From positions 1,320,001-1,352,000 of the forward strand of contig NC_014833.1 of the NCBI RefSeq assembly GCF_000179635.2: 32,000 bases of DNA, in the 5' to 3' direction. Origin of the DNA: Ruminococcus albus 7 = DSM 20455 (GTDB lineage: Bacteria; Bacillota; Clostridia; Oscillospirales; Ruminococcaceae). This document shows, one piece after another, positions 1-6,882 of this stretch (position 1 is the first letter of the stretch; every line of letters begins with the position of its first letter). The position numbers and the translations under genes were made by a program. The notes beneath the pieces were generated by a model. The model had not been told where the DNA came from. It searched no databases and saw only the letters and a list, made by a program, of their open reading frames with translations.

Positions 1-478
1 GCGTCCGCTGCCAGATCATTCAGCATAGCTCATGCACCAAAGCGGTCAGAGTGTCCGCAGATATATCTGCCGGAAGAGATATTTGAAGTCCGTTTTTCTC
101 AATGCGGATATTTTCGTTTGAGCAAGGAACTGATACAGGAACGATGGTCGGAGAATTTTCGATATACTTTTCACGAACTTTTCTTAGGCGGTTGTAATAC
201 GTGTTTGGCTTGATCCCTTTTTCTTTGCACCATTCCCGGATCGTCAGACCGCTTGCCTGCTGTGCTTTGATCTGCGCAGACCATTCCTGAAGCTGCATTT
301 CTTTTTTGATTGTTGTGATGGATGTTGTTTTGTCCATACCTGTTACCTCCTTGTCTAATCGTCTCCAATGAACTCCATGGATCAATTTGGATTATTCAAT
401 TTACTTCATGGTGTTCCTTGGAGTTTATTATACTTTATTAGACTTCGGTGGGGTAGGTGCTGGGGGTTATACGCTTAC
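1..478 (-). mobile_element. IS66-family insertion sequence, copy A (only the IRL-proximal 478 bp lie inside the window)
   Basis: The reverse complement of 1-478 equals 5981-6459 of copy B base for base, except for one extra A in copy B (T5 at 93-97 here, A6 at 6362-6367 there). It ends at 478 with the terminal repeat GTAAGCGTATAACCCCC (rc of 462-478). GTAAGCG termini are characteristic of IS66-family elements. Confidence 0.9.
20..337 (-). CDS. tnpA: IS66 accessory protein TnpA (Orf1), intact copy
   Basis: ATG at 337 is preceded by AAGGAGG. The product is 105 aa, MDKTTSITTIKKEMQLQEW...LVHELC. The TGA stop overlaps the ATG (26-24) of the next IS66 gene, tnpB, which runs off the window edge. 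The 121-aa version in the ORF track starts inside the IS terminus without an RBS. Confidence 0.8.
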   Translation of the reverse strand: MDKTTSITTIKKEMQLQEWSAQIKAQQASGLTIREWCKEKGIKPNTYYNRLRKVREKYIENSPTIVPVSVPCSNENIRIEKNGLQISLPADISADTLTALVHELC

Positions 479-491
479 ACACTAACAATCC

Positions 492-526
492 AAAAGCACC
501 GATGTCGTGAAGATATCGGTGCTTTT
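492..526. terminator. Bidirectional intrinsic terminator hairpin downstream of the 590-1453 gene
   Basis: AAAAGCACCGAT (492-503) pairs with ATCGGTGCTTTT (515-526). A/T runs on both sides give a U-tract on either strand. Confidence 0.7.
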
Positions 527-589
527 ACTATAATTATTTCTATTTCACTGTCGTTCACTTAACTCTAAACCTTTTGAAATTGTCCTGCA

Positions 590-1453
590 TCAAAAACCGT
601 TTCGATTTATCAGCAGGTAGTATATAAATAAATACAGATCATCCGTCACATAGAACATTTCTCTGGTGAACTCATACTGTGCGTAAAATTTACCGCTCTC
701 GCTTATGAAGAAGTTTGCCTCTCTTTTTGCAGCAATAGTCAGCAGATCCTCGCCTATTTCATTTTGGAATTCTTTCGGATCTTTCATTCTTTTATTAGGG
801 TAAAATCCTACATAGCAATCATCATCTGATTTAGGGATCCAGATCCTATATTTACCGATAGGGATCACCTCAAAGAATTTATTTGCTGCAGGGAAAAATG
901 AAAATCCAAGCTCCCTGTATTTTTCTTCAATAGGCGCAGTATCAATGATCTTATCAGGATCCCAACCGTGTCTTTCAAGACTGGTATATATCCTGTCGTT
1001 CAGTATCGGAACGATCTCTTTTTCACCATTAAGAATACTCTCAACTATCTTTTCATAGTCTGTACCGAGGTATGTTCCGTCATCAAGATAAAACTCACCG
1101 TTCTCATTGATGAGTATGAATCTAAAAAAAGCTTTCTTTAGGTAAACTACAGCAGCAGGCAAATATTTTATACCGTTGTCTTTTACAAGTTTACGAACTG
1201 CTTCTTCAAGACGAATTCCGTTAAGATGAAGATTTGTATCATCATACTCAAAAGAACCACATGTTACGCCATTGTGATCGCTTAAATACCTTATAAAATG
1301 ATACTCCTTATAAAACTGCATTGCCGCATCAAAAACAGGGATATCATTAAAATGCTTCTCTAATCCTTCACAAAAAACATTGAAATGTTTTTCATAACGT
1401 GGACTGTGTCTATACTGATCATCTATTATAATACTCATTTCTGAACCTTTCAT
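590..1453 (-). CDS. Hypothetical protein; C-terminal half resembles a SUKH-3-type immunity domain (tentative)
   Basis: A 287-aa ORF followed by the terminator at 492-526. The pattern HGWDPDK...FPAANKFF...LLTIAAKREANFFISESGKFY matches my recollection of SUKH-3 family conservation. No strong SD; the start could be M1 or M6. Confidence 0.55.
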   Translation of the reverse strand: MKGSEMSIIIDDQYRHSPRYEKHFNVFCEGLEKHFNDIPVFDAAMQFYKEYHFIRYLSDHNGVTCGSFEYDDTNLHLNGIRLEEAVRKLVKDNGIKYLPAAVVYLKKAFFRFILINENGEFYLDDGTYLGTDYEKIVESILNGEKEIVPILNDRIYTSLERHGWDPDKIIDTAPIEEKYRELGFSFFPAANKFFEVIPIGKYRIWIPKSDDDCYVGFYPNKRMKDPKEFQNEIGEDLLTIAAKREANFFISESGKFYAQYEFTREMFYVTDDLYLFIYYLLINRNGF

Positions 1454-1504
1454 ATTATGTTTGTGCTCTGCGAATGTACGTGTCTCTTTAGATCCAGCGT
1501 ATTG

Positions 1505-1804
1505 TTATATTTGCATAAACGAAGGAAGTGGTTCAGGATAGTCCTTTGCCTTTTCCATAATCATCTTTGTCAAAGCCTTTTTCATAATACTATTCGGATC
1601 ACCGTTTGGACGAATCCAGTCTCTCAAACTATCTTTACCAAGTATCAAAGGCATCCGATCATGAATACTGCTTACAGGATCGACTGCTTCTCTTGTAAGC
1701 ACAGTGAACATCGGTATCTGAATACCTCTATGCTCTTCAAAGCGGTACAATCCTGCCAGGTATGTTATTTCCGTTCCTTCTGGTTGTATCGCATACTTTG
1801 AAGC
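1505..1804 (-). pseudogene. 3' fragment of an SOS-response-associated peptidase (SRAP/YedK, DUF159) gene
   Basis: The open frame reads ...YLAGLYRFEEHRGIQIPMFTVLTREAVDPVSSIHDRMPLILGKDSLRDWI..., containing the SRAP IHDRMP(V/L)IL motif. Only about 99 codons are open (upstream in-frame TAG at 1805-1807). The N-terminal half with the catalytic Cys2 is absent. Confidence 0.65.
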
Positions 1805-1807
1805 CTA

Positions 1808-1948
1808 TCACTTTATAGTAACAATCCCGGCATGTTTGATAGCATTTTCAGTATCCCATACGCCACCGACCCTTGCAGCGATAGCTACCTTGTAAGTCTT
1901 GCCGGGGGTGAGATTTTTGGGAGATGTGTAAACTGTATCTGTGATATT
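1808..1948 (-). pseudogene. 3' fragment of a gene ending in the same FN3-like module found at 16401-16950 and 23566-23838
   Basis: The minus-strand frame reads EYHRYSLHISKNLTPGKTYKVAIAARVGGVWDTENAIKHAGIVTIK*. Compare KLKPGENYKVAVVAKIGGKWSRDVSKAIVVTPK and IKSGTYTLAVCAKVNGKWDKSDLNSRAVTVTIK* in the 1308-aa protein. An in-frame stop lies just upstream and there is no start codon. Confidence 0.6.
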
Positions 1949-2089
1949 CCTAGCTGTATTCGACTTTTATGTTTGTTGGGATGTAAGTGCATCATCTTCT
2001 TTATCAACGTTATGGTGATTGTAGATGTTTTAGCCACTGTTTTCGATAACTGCAAATACACCGTTTCAGCTGAAAAACTATATGTATTT

Positions 2090-3163
2090 CTATTCTTTAA
2101 TTTCAGTCAGAGAATTAATAATATCATCTGTAAGCTGTATCTGTTCTTCGTTTGATAATTTATAAGATGTACGAATGACCATCGTTCCAACTATCGTATA
2201 TGACCCGGAATACAAAAGAGTTCCATCAAATTGAGATAGATAATCACATCTCTTTAAAGCATCATCAAGTGTTGCATATACTTCGACCGAGCCTCCTCCG
2301 TCAACACCTTTGTGTGCAGCATCTATTCCATTGACATCAGATACGGCAATATTATCAACGGTAAAATATACACAGCTTGTATATCCTCCTTCTTCTCCCA
2401 GTAGCTTATTGGGATCATAATATGTTGTTACAGCCTTTGTCGAAGTGATTGATTCTACATCTTTCAATCTTTCATAAATAAAATCTTTTGAAGGGGCTGT
2501 TATTTGTTCCGAGACTATATAAAGCTGTGAAATGTCATTTATATTATCAGAGATCTTTGATATTTCATCTATCAGCTTTTCTTCCGTGAACGATGTTTCA
2601 TCAAGTACATATAATTCACTATCGTTTATAGTTTTATATTCAGGTATATCTTTAATAAAATCAAGAGAAGTCTTTTCTTTCAAGGAATTATAATCATTAA
2701 CAAGGTCGTTATAATTGTTTACTATCGTGTCATAAGCTGTTTCACATATCGGTAAATAGCTTTCTTCCAATTTTTTAGTCTCAGTATTGATTTTTTTCAC
2801 ATCATTGGATATTACAGAAATATCATCATTTGATTTTCTGTACTCATCAAAATTTCTGTTGATTTCGGATCTGTGTTCAATATTATGCACTTCGCTAAAC
2901 ACATTAAATCTATCTACATCAGCAATAAAATTATTGATCTTATCTGCATTTGTATTATACTTTTTTACTGCATTATCATATATATCACAATAAGACAAAT
3001 AGTCTTTTTCAAAAGTAGCAAGTTCTTTATTCAAAGCGTCATTTTTCCTTTTTGATGATAATAGTATGACTATTAAAGTAATGATAATAAACACACAAAT
3101 GATGACAAAAAATAATGTACGTTTGTTATCCAATATAATCTTTAAGCGATTTTTCAAGTTCAT
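2090..3163 (-). CDS. Membrane-anchored coiled-coil protein, unknown function (third gene of an AT-rich operon)
   Basis: ATG at 3163 is preceded by GAAGGTG at 6-nt spacing. N-terminal TM segment LFFVIICVFIIITLIVILLSS, then a long K/E/N/D-rich helical region and a globular C-terminus (...GGGSVEVYATLDDALKRCDYL...). It overlaps the upstream gene by 38 nt. Confidence 0.75.
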   Translation of the reverse strand: MNLKNRLKIILDNKRTLFFVIICVFIIITLIVILLSSKRKNDALNKELATFEKDYLSYCDIYDNAVKKYNTNADKINNFIADVDRFNVFSEVHNIEHRSEINRNFDEYRKSNDDISVISNDVKKINTETKKLEESYLPICETAYDTIVNNYNDLVNDYNSLKEKTSLDFIKDIPEYKTINDSELYVLDETSFTEEKLIDEISKISDNINDISQLYIVSEQITAPSKDFIYERLKDVESITSTKAVTTYYDPNKLLGEEGGYTSCVYFTVDNIAVSDVNGIDAAHKGVDGGGSVEVYATLDDALKRCDYLSQFDGTLLYSGSYTIVGTMVIRTSYKLSNEEQIQLTDDIINSLTEIKE

Positions 3164-3467
3164 TGATAGCACCTTCACAAATTCTCTGATTTACAATACC
3201 TTCTTTGGCATAAATTGATATCAATAGTTGTTCGTTGTATAAATGGATCGCAGCTTTTGCATCGCTTTTTTTCATAAAACCGGATCTTATAAAAGCAACA
3301 TATACTTTGTTCTCCAAATCCTCAAATATAATGTTACCTTTTACTATAAGGATATCTCTGATTTTTAGAAAAGAAAGACCTGTTACTGCAAAGGTATAAT
3401 TCATGATTTTATCTTTTTCAACGAGAGTATGTGCCGACAAAATATCATCAAGATCTTGAAGATTCAT
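3126..3467 (-). CDS. Small cytoplasmic protein (113 aa), unknown function (second gene of the operon)
   Basis: ATG at 3467 is preceded by AAGGAGA at 6-nt spacing. The product begins MNLQDLDDILSAHTLVEK... and has no TM or signal peptide. The longer track ORF begins at a TTG without an RBS. Confidence 0.75.
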   Translation of the reverse strand: MNLQDLDDILSAHTLVEKDKIMNYTFAVTGLSFLKIRDILIVKGNIIFEDLENKVYVAFIRSGFMKKSDAKAAIHLYNEQLLISIYAKEGIVNQRICEGAINELEKSLKDYIG

Positions 3468-3580
3468 AGTGTTTCTCCTTTGGTTTAACATAGCAGTCAC
3501 ATAATCAATTATGCTGTGATACAAGTAGGGTTATGGACATATGGTAAATAACCAACATATGAAGATGTAAATGAATACGA

Positions 3581-5143
3581 CTAATGGAGAAAGACAACAC
3601 CATTTAATTCTTCTAAAAGAGATGCTCTCATTTCGTCCTCTGTTGGTACCTTAACTTTAGGTCTTTTCTTTACTTCTTTTTCAAATAATGGCTCAAGTAA
3701 ATCATCTGCAAATTTAGAACGATCATTGCTTTGATACATTTTTTCAAAAACGTCTTCATCAAGTTTATTGCTTAATTCTTTGGCTATATTGGTAGCTTCG
3801 GATTCAGTAACAATATATTCTTCACATTTATCTGCAAATTTATTTTGAATGATTTCATACATTTCGTCGGCATCGTCATCGGTAATATAATCCGCAATTG
3901 CATCGGCAGCTATAGATGCTCCACCGCCTATAAGAACAGATCCGATAATAGCACCTGGTAGCGTTCCGACGCCGGGAACGACTAAACTCCCTATAATACC
4001 ACCAGCATAACCACCGGCTGCTCCAGCTACGGTGGAAACACCTGCAACAGCAAAGTTCTTGATAAATTGTTTTTTAGAAATCTTACCATTGAATAGTTTC
4101 ACTCCATCAGGCACAGTAAAAACGATTAGAGAAACTGTATCAACAAGTGCATTAGAACTGATGAGTTCGACAGCAGCCTTTTTAGCGGCTGTTTTGCCAA
4201 GACTTTCCGCGCCTTCTTCGATTAATTCCTTCTCCATGGTTTTTGTTAAAGTCTTTGCGAAATCATCACCTAAAGCATCAACCAGAGCCGTTGCAGAGGG
4301 TCTAAAAACATTTTTGACATTTGTTTTCGCTAATTGTCCTGCAATAACAGCCGTAGCAAATTGCATTCCGCCTGCTTTAAGACCGTCAATTGCAGAATCC
4401 TTTATTGCATCACTATATTCTTCTCCGCTATTTACCCTTACAGCAAAATTAAGGAGTGTATCAATACCAAATGCAGCAGAAGAAGATACAATGCCATTAG
4501 TAGCATCGTATTTAAGCGAATCTATATTTCCTGCTTTTGCAATATTTACTGCCTGTTTATAAGTCAGATTACCTTTTCTGACGATACGTTCAGCTTCCTC
4601 TGGATCGGTAATACCCGGGACAGAACCATTCTTGATTTTTTCTTTCATGAGATCAACAGCATTGTCATATTGATCTTTAGGAACCTCGATTTGCATAGGT
4701 TTTCCATCAGAATCAAAATATCTAAATATCTCTTCCTCATCAAAACATGCATTGATACTGGCGGGAGCAGATTGATAATACTTATCCTGAATAAAAATAT
4801 TCTCACCTGTTTTTTGTATTATTATACGATCAGCACCATTTTTAACATTATTATCACCAATTACAATAGCATTGGATCCTTTAATTTTATCAATAAGGTT
4901 ATTGCCTCTTTCAGCAGCAAAACCATGACCTTGAGCAGCCGTAAATTTTCTTTGAGCTCTTACATCTGCTCCTGTCATACGGTTAGCTATTACAATGCTC
5001 GTTATATCAACATTGTCGCTAATATCAACCGTATAATTATCGTTAGGAAGTGAAGATGATTCTTCTTGAGCAAAAACTGCTAACTGTGAATTTTGTAAAA
5101 GAATAGAACAAGAGAGAATAATACTAATTATACGTTTATTCAT
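3581..5143 (-). CDS. Secreted or membrane protein with a glycine-zipper hydrophobic region, unknown function (first gene of the operon)
   Basis: ATG at 5143 is preceded by GGGAGGAGGA. Sec-type signal MNKRIISIILSCSILLQNSQLAVFA/QEE. Conserved-looking block AAQGHGFAAERGNNLID...NNVKNGADRIII...IQDKYY. Gly-rich hydrophobic stretch AVAGVSTVAGAAGGYAGGIIGSLVVPGVGTLPGAIIGSVLIGGGASIAADAIA, then an acidic C-terminal tail. Confidence 0.8.
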   Translation of the reverse strand: MNKRIISIILSCSILLQNSQLAVFAQEESSSLPNDNYTVDISDNVDITSIVIANRMTGADVRAQRKFTAAQGHGFAAERGNNLIDKIKGSNAIVIGDNNVKNGADRIIIQKTGENIFIQDKYYQSAPASINACFDEEEIFRYFDSDGKPMQIEVPKDQYDNAVDLMKEKIKNGSVPGITDPEEAERIVRKGNLTYKQAVNIAKAGNIDSLKYDATNGIVSSSAAFGIDTLLNFAVRVNSGEEYSDAIKDSAIDGLKAGGMQFATAVIAGQLAKTNVKNVFRPSATALVDALGDDFAKTLTKTMEKELIEEGAESLGKTAAKKAAVELISSNALVDTVSLIVFTVPDGVKLFNGKISKKQFIKNFAVAGVSTVAGAAGGYAGGIIGSLVVPGVGTLPGAIIGSVLIGGGASIAADAIADYITDDDADEMYEIIQNKFADKCEEYIVTESEATNIAKELSNKLDEDVFEKMYQSNDRSKFADDLLEPLFEKEVKKRPKVKVPTEDEMRASLLEELNGVVFLH

Positions 5144-5212
5144 AGGTTTATCCTCCTCCCATATGTTTTTAATTACAATTCACCGTCACAATCATCAATA
5201 TCCTTGTTTATG

Positions 5213-5241
5213 ATTATAGCACAATTTGTGCAATATGTCAA
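5213..5241 (-). promoter_or_regulatory. Consensus sigma-A promoter of the 5143-2090 operon, with a palindrome in the spacer
   Basis: The minus strand reads TTGACA (5241-5236), a 17-nt spacer, then TATAAT (5218-5213) with an extended-10 TGC. The spacer contains the inverted repeat GCACAA-A-TTGTGC (5219-5231). Confidence 0.65.
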
Positions 5242-5368
5242 GTGAGGCTATACAAAATTGAGCAATCCATATTATATTTAAAGAATGATCAATGAACGAA
5301 GATCAAGCCATGAATACCGTATCCTCAACGTATTTGACGATGTTGTCATTACGATTAGACATTCAGAT

Positions 5369-5980
5369 ATTTCAATCCACTCTCCCCGTGTGGGGAGAGA
5401 CATTTTGGCGAAAGTCAGACAACAAGGCGAGTAAAATTTCAATCCACTCTCCCCGTGTGGGGAGAGACCCTTGACAGATATCAACTCACGTTCGGTCTTG
5501 TTGCATTTCAATCCACTCTCCCCGTGTGGGGAGAGACTTGTATACCCTCGCAACGTGCGAGGGATACGGCATTTCAATCCACTCTCCCCGTGTGGGGAGA
5601 GACAGCATGGGGTTACGATATGTTAATTGCATTACTGATTTCAATCCACTCTCCCCGTGTGGGGAGAGACAAAAGGTTATAGCCCACAAAGATGAGATAA
5701 TCGAATTTCAATCCACTCTCCCCGTGTGGGGAGAGACGAAGGATGATCCCGATTGCAAGTACTGCATTTGGATTTCAATCCACTCTCCCCGTGTGGGGAG
5801 AGACCAATGGGACTGAACAAATGTATTTTTCTTGGGAATTTCAATCCACTCTCCCCGTGTGGGGAGAGACAGAGTCGCAGTTTGGCAACAAAGACCATAG
5901 TGGCATTTCAATCCACTCTCCCCGTGTGGGGAGAGACAAGAGATCGGCGGCAATTCGGAAACTGTATGCGTATTTCAATC
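5369..5980 (-). CRISPR. CRISPR array fragment: 9 complete 33-bp repeats, 9 spacers (33-36 bp) and a 9-nt repeat stub cut by IS66
   Basis: The repeat ATTTCAATCCACTCTCCCCGTGTGGGGAGAGAC starts at 5369, 5436, 5505, 5571, 5638, 5705, 5772, 5838 and 5905, and all nine copies are identical. ATTTCAATC at 5972-5980 abuts the IS end. The rc, GTCTCTCCCCACACGGGGAGAGTGGATTGAAAT, has an 8-bp stem and an ATTGAAAT tail like type I-C repeats, so the transcribed strand is inferred to be minus. Confidence 0.95.
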
Positions 5981-6121
5981 GTAAGCGTATAACCCCCAGC
6001 ACCTACCCCACCGAAGTCTAATAAAGTATAATAAACTCCAAGGAACACCATGAAGTAAATTGAATAATCCAAATTGATCCATGGAGTTCATTGGAGACGA
6101 TTAGACAAGGAGGTAACAGGT

Positions 6122-6440
6122 ATGGACAAAACAACATCCATCACAACAATCAAAAAAGAAATGCAGCTTCAGGAATGGTCTGCGCAGATCAAAGCACAGC
6201 AGGCAAGCGGTCTGACGATCCGGGAATGGTGCAAAGAAAAAGGGATCAAGCCAAACACGTATTACAACCGCCTAAGAAAAGTTCGTGAAAAGTATATCGA
6301 AAATTCTCCGACCATCGTTCCTGTATCAGTTCCTTGCTCAAACGAAAATATCCGCATTGAGAAAAAACGGACTTCAAATATCTCTTCCGGCAGATATATC
6401 TGCGGACACTCTGACCGCTTTGGTGCATGAGCTATGCTGA
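6122..6440 (+). pseudogene. tnpA: IS66 tnpA (Orf1) with a +1 frameshift in an A-run
   Basis: Identical to copy A except A6 (6362-6367) in place of A5. The reading frame changes after ...NIRIEK and stops at 6428-6430, so it does not reach the TGA at 6438-6440 that overlaps the tnpB ATG. Confidence 0.75.
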
Positions 6441-6790
6441 ATGATCTGGCAGCGGACGCACAGGTCTATCTTGTTACGGGATACACCGACCTTCGACGCG
6501 GGATAGACGGACTTGCGACTATCGTTCAGGCTCAGCTTCGACTTGACCCGTTCTCGAAAGCATTGTTTTTGTTCTGCGGCAGACGTTGTGACCGCATCAA
6601 AGGTCTGCTGTGGGAGGGCGATGGTTTTCTGCTGTTGTACAAGCGCCTTGACAACGGAAGATTCCAGTGGCCGCGCAGTGAGACCGAAGCAGTAATGCTC
6701 ACATCTCAGCAAATTCGCTGGCTTCTGGAAGGCTTGAAAATAGAGCAGCCGAAGGCTATCCGTGAGGGAAAGCCGGGGGCGCTGTATTAA
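6434..6790 (+). CDS. tnpB: IS66 Orf2 (TnpB)
   Basis: 118 aa, MLNDLAADAQVYLVTGYTDLRRGIDGLATIVQ...FLFCGRRCDRIKGLLWEGDGF...RL, which is the typical IS66 Orf2 conservation pattern. Its position between tnpA and the DDE transposase also fits. Confidence 0.9.
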   Translation: MLNDLAADAQVYLVTGYTDLRRGIDGLATIVQAQLRLDPFSKALFLFCGRRCDRIKGLLWEGDGFLLLYKRLDNGRFQWPRSETEAVMLTSQQIRWLLEGLKIEQPKAIREGKPGALY

Positions 6791-6882
6791 GGCAATACTT
6801 ACCGAATATTCAGAATATGTGCTTGAAAAGCCCCTCTTTTCGTGGTATCATTAAAGTATCATCACGAACGGAGGGGTGCTTT

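Noticed and set aside
368-562. 64-aa ORF spanning the IS end and the terminator, plus the N-terminal extensions MIHGVHWRRLDKEVTG of the tnpA ORFs (20-385, 6074-6430) and the upstream extension of tnpC (6817).
   Set aside because: The extensions start inside the IS terminal region without RBSs, whereas internal ATGs (337, 6122, 6883) have AAGGAGG/GGAGGGG sites at proper spacing.
4032-5053. 176-aa and 239-aa plus-strand ORFs.
   Set aside because: They run antisense to the 520-aa gene, which has a strong RBS and promoter. They have no RBS, and their sequences look like reverse-frame artefacts of an AT-rich gene.
5402-5971. Possible self-targeting spacers against the neighbouring operon or the IS.
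   Set aside because: Scanning by eye, I found no spacer with an evident match elsewhere in the window. This needs a proper alignment and is not a firm negative.
5278-6021. Eight overlapping 60-99-aa ORFs on both strands with recurring peptides (STLPVWGET, LSPHGESGLK, SIHSPRVGRD).
   Set aside because: They are translations of the 33-bp CRISPR repeat in different frames. The periodicity equals repeat plus spacer, and there are no RBSs.
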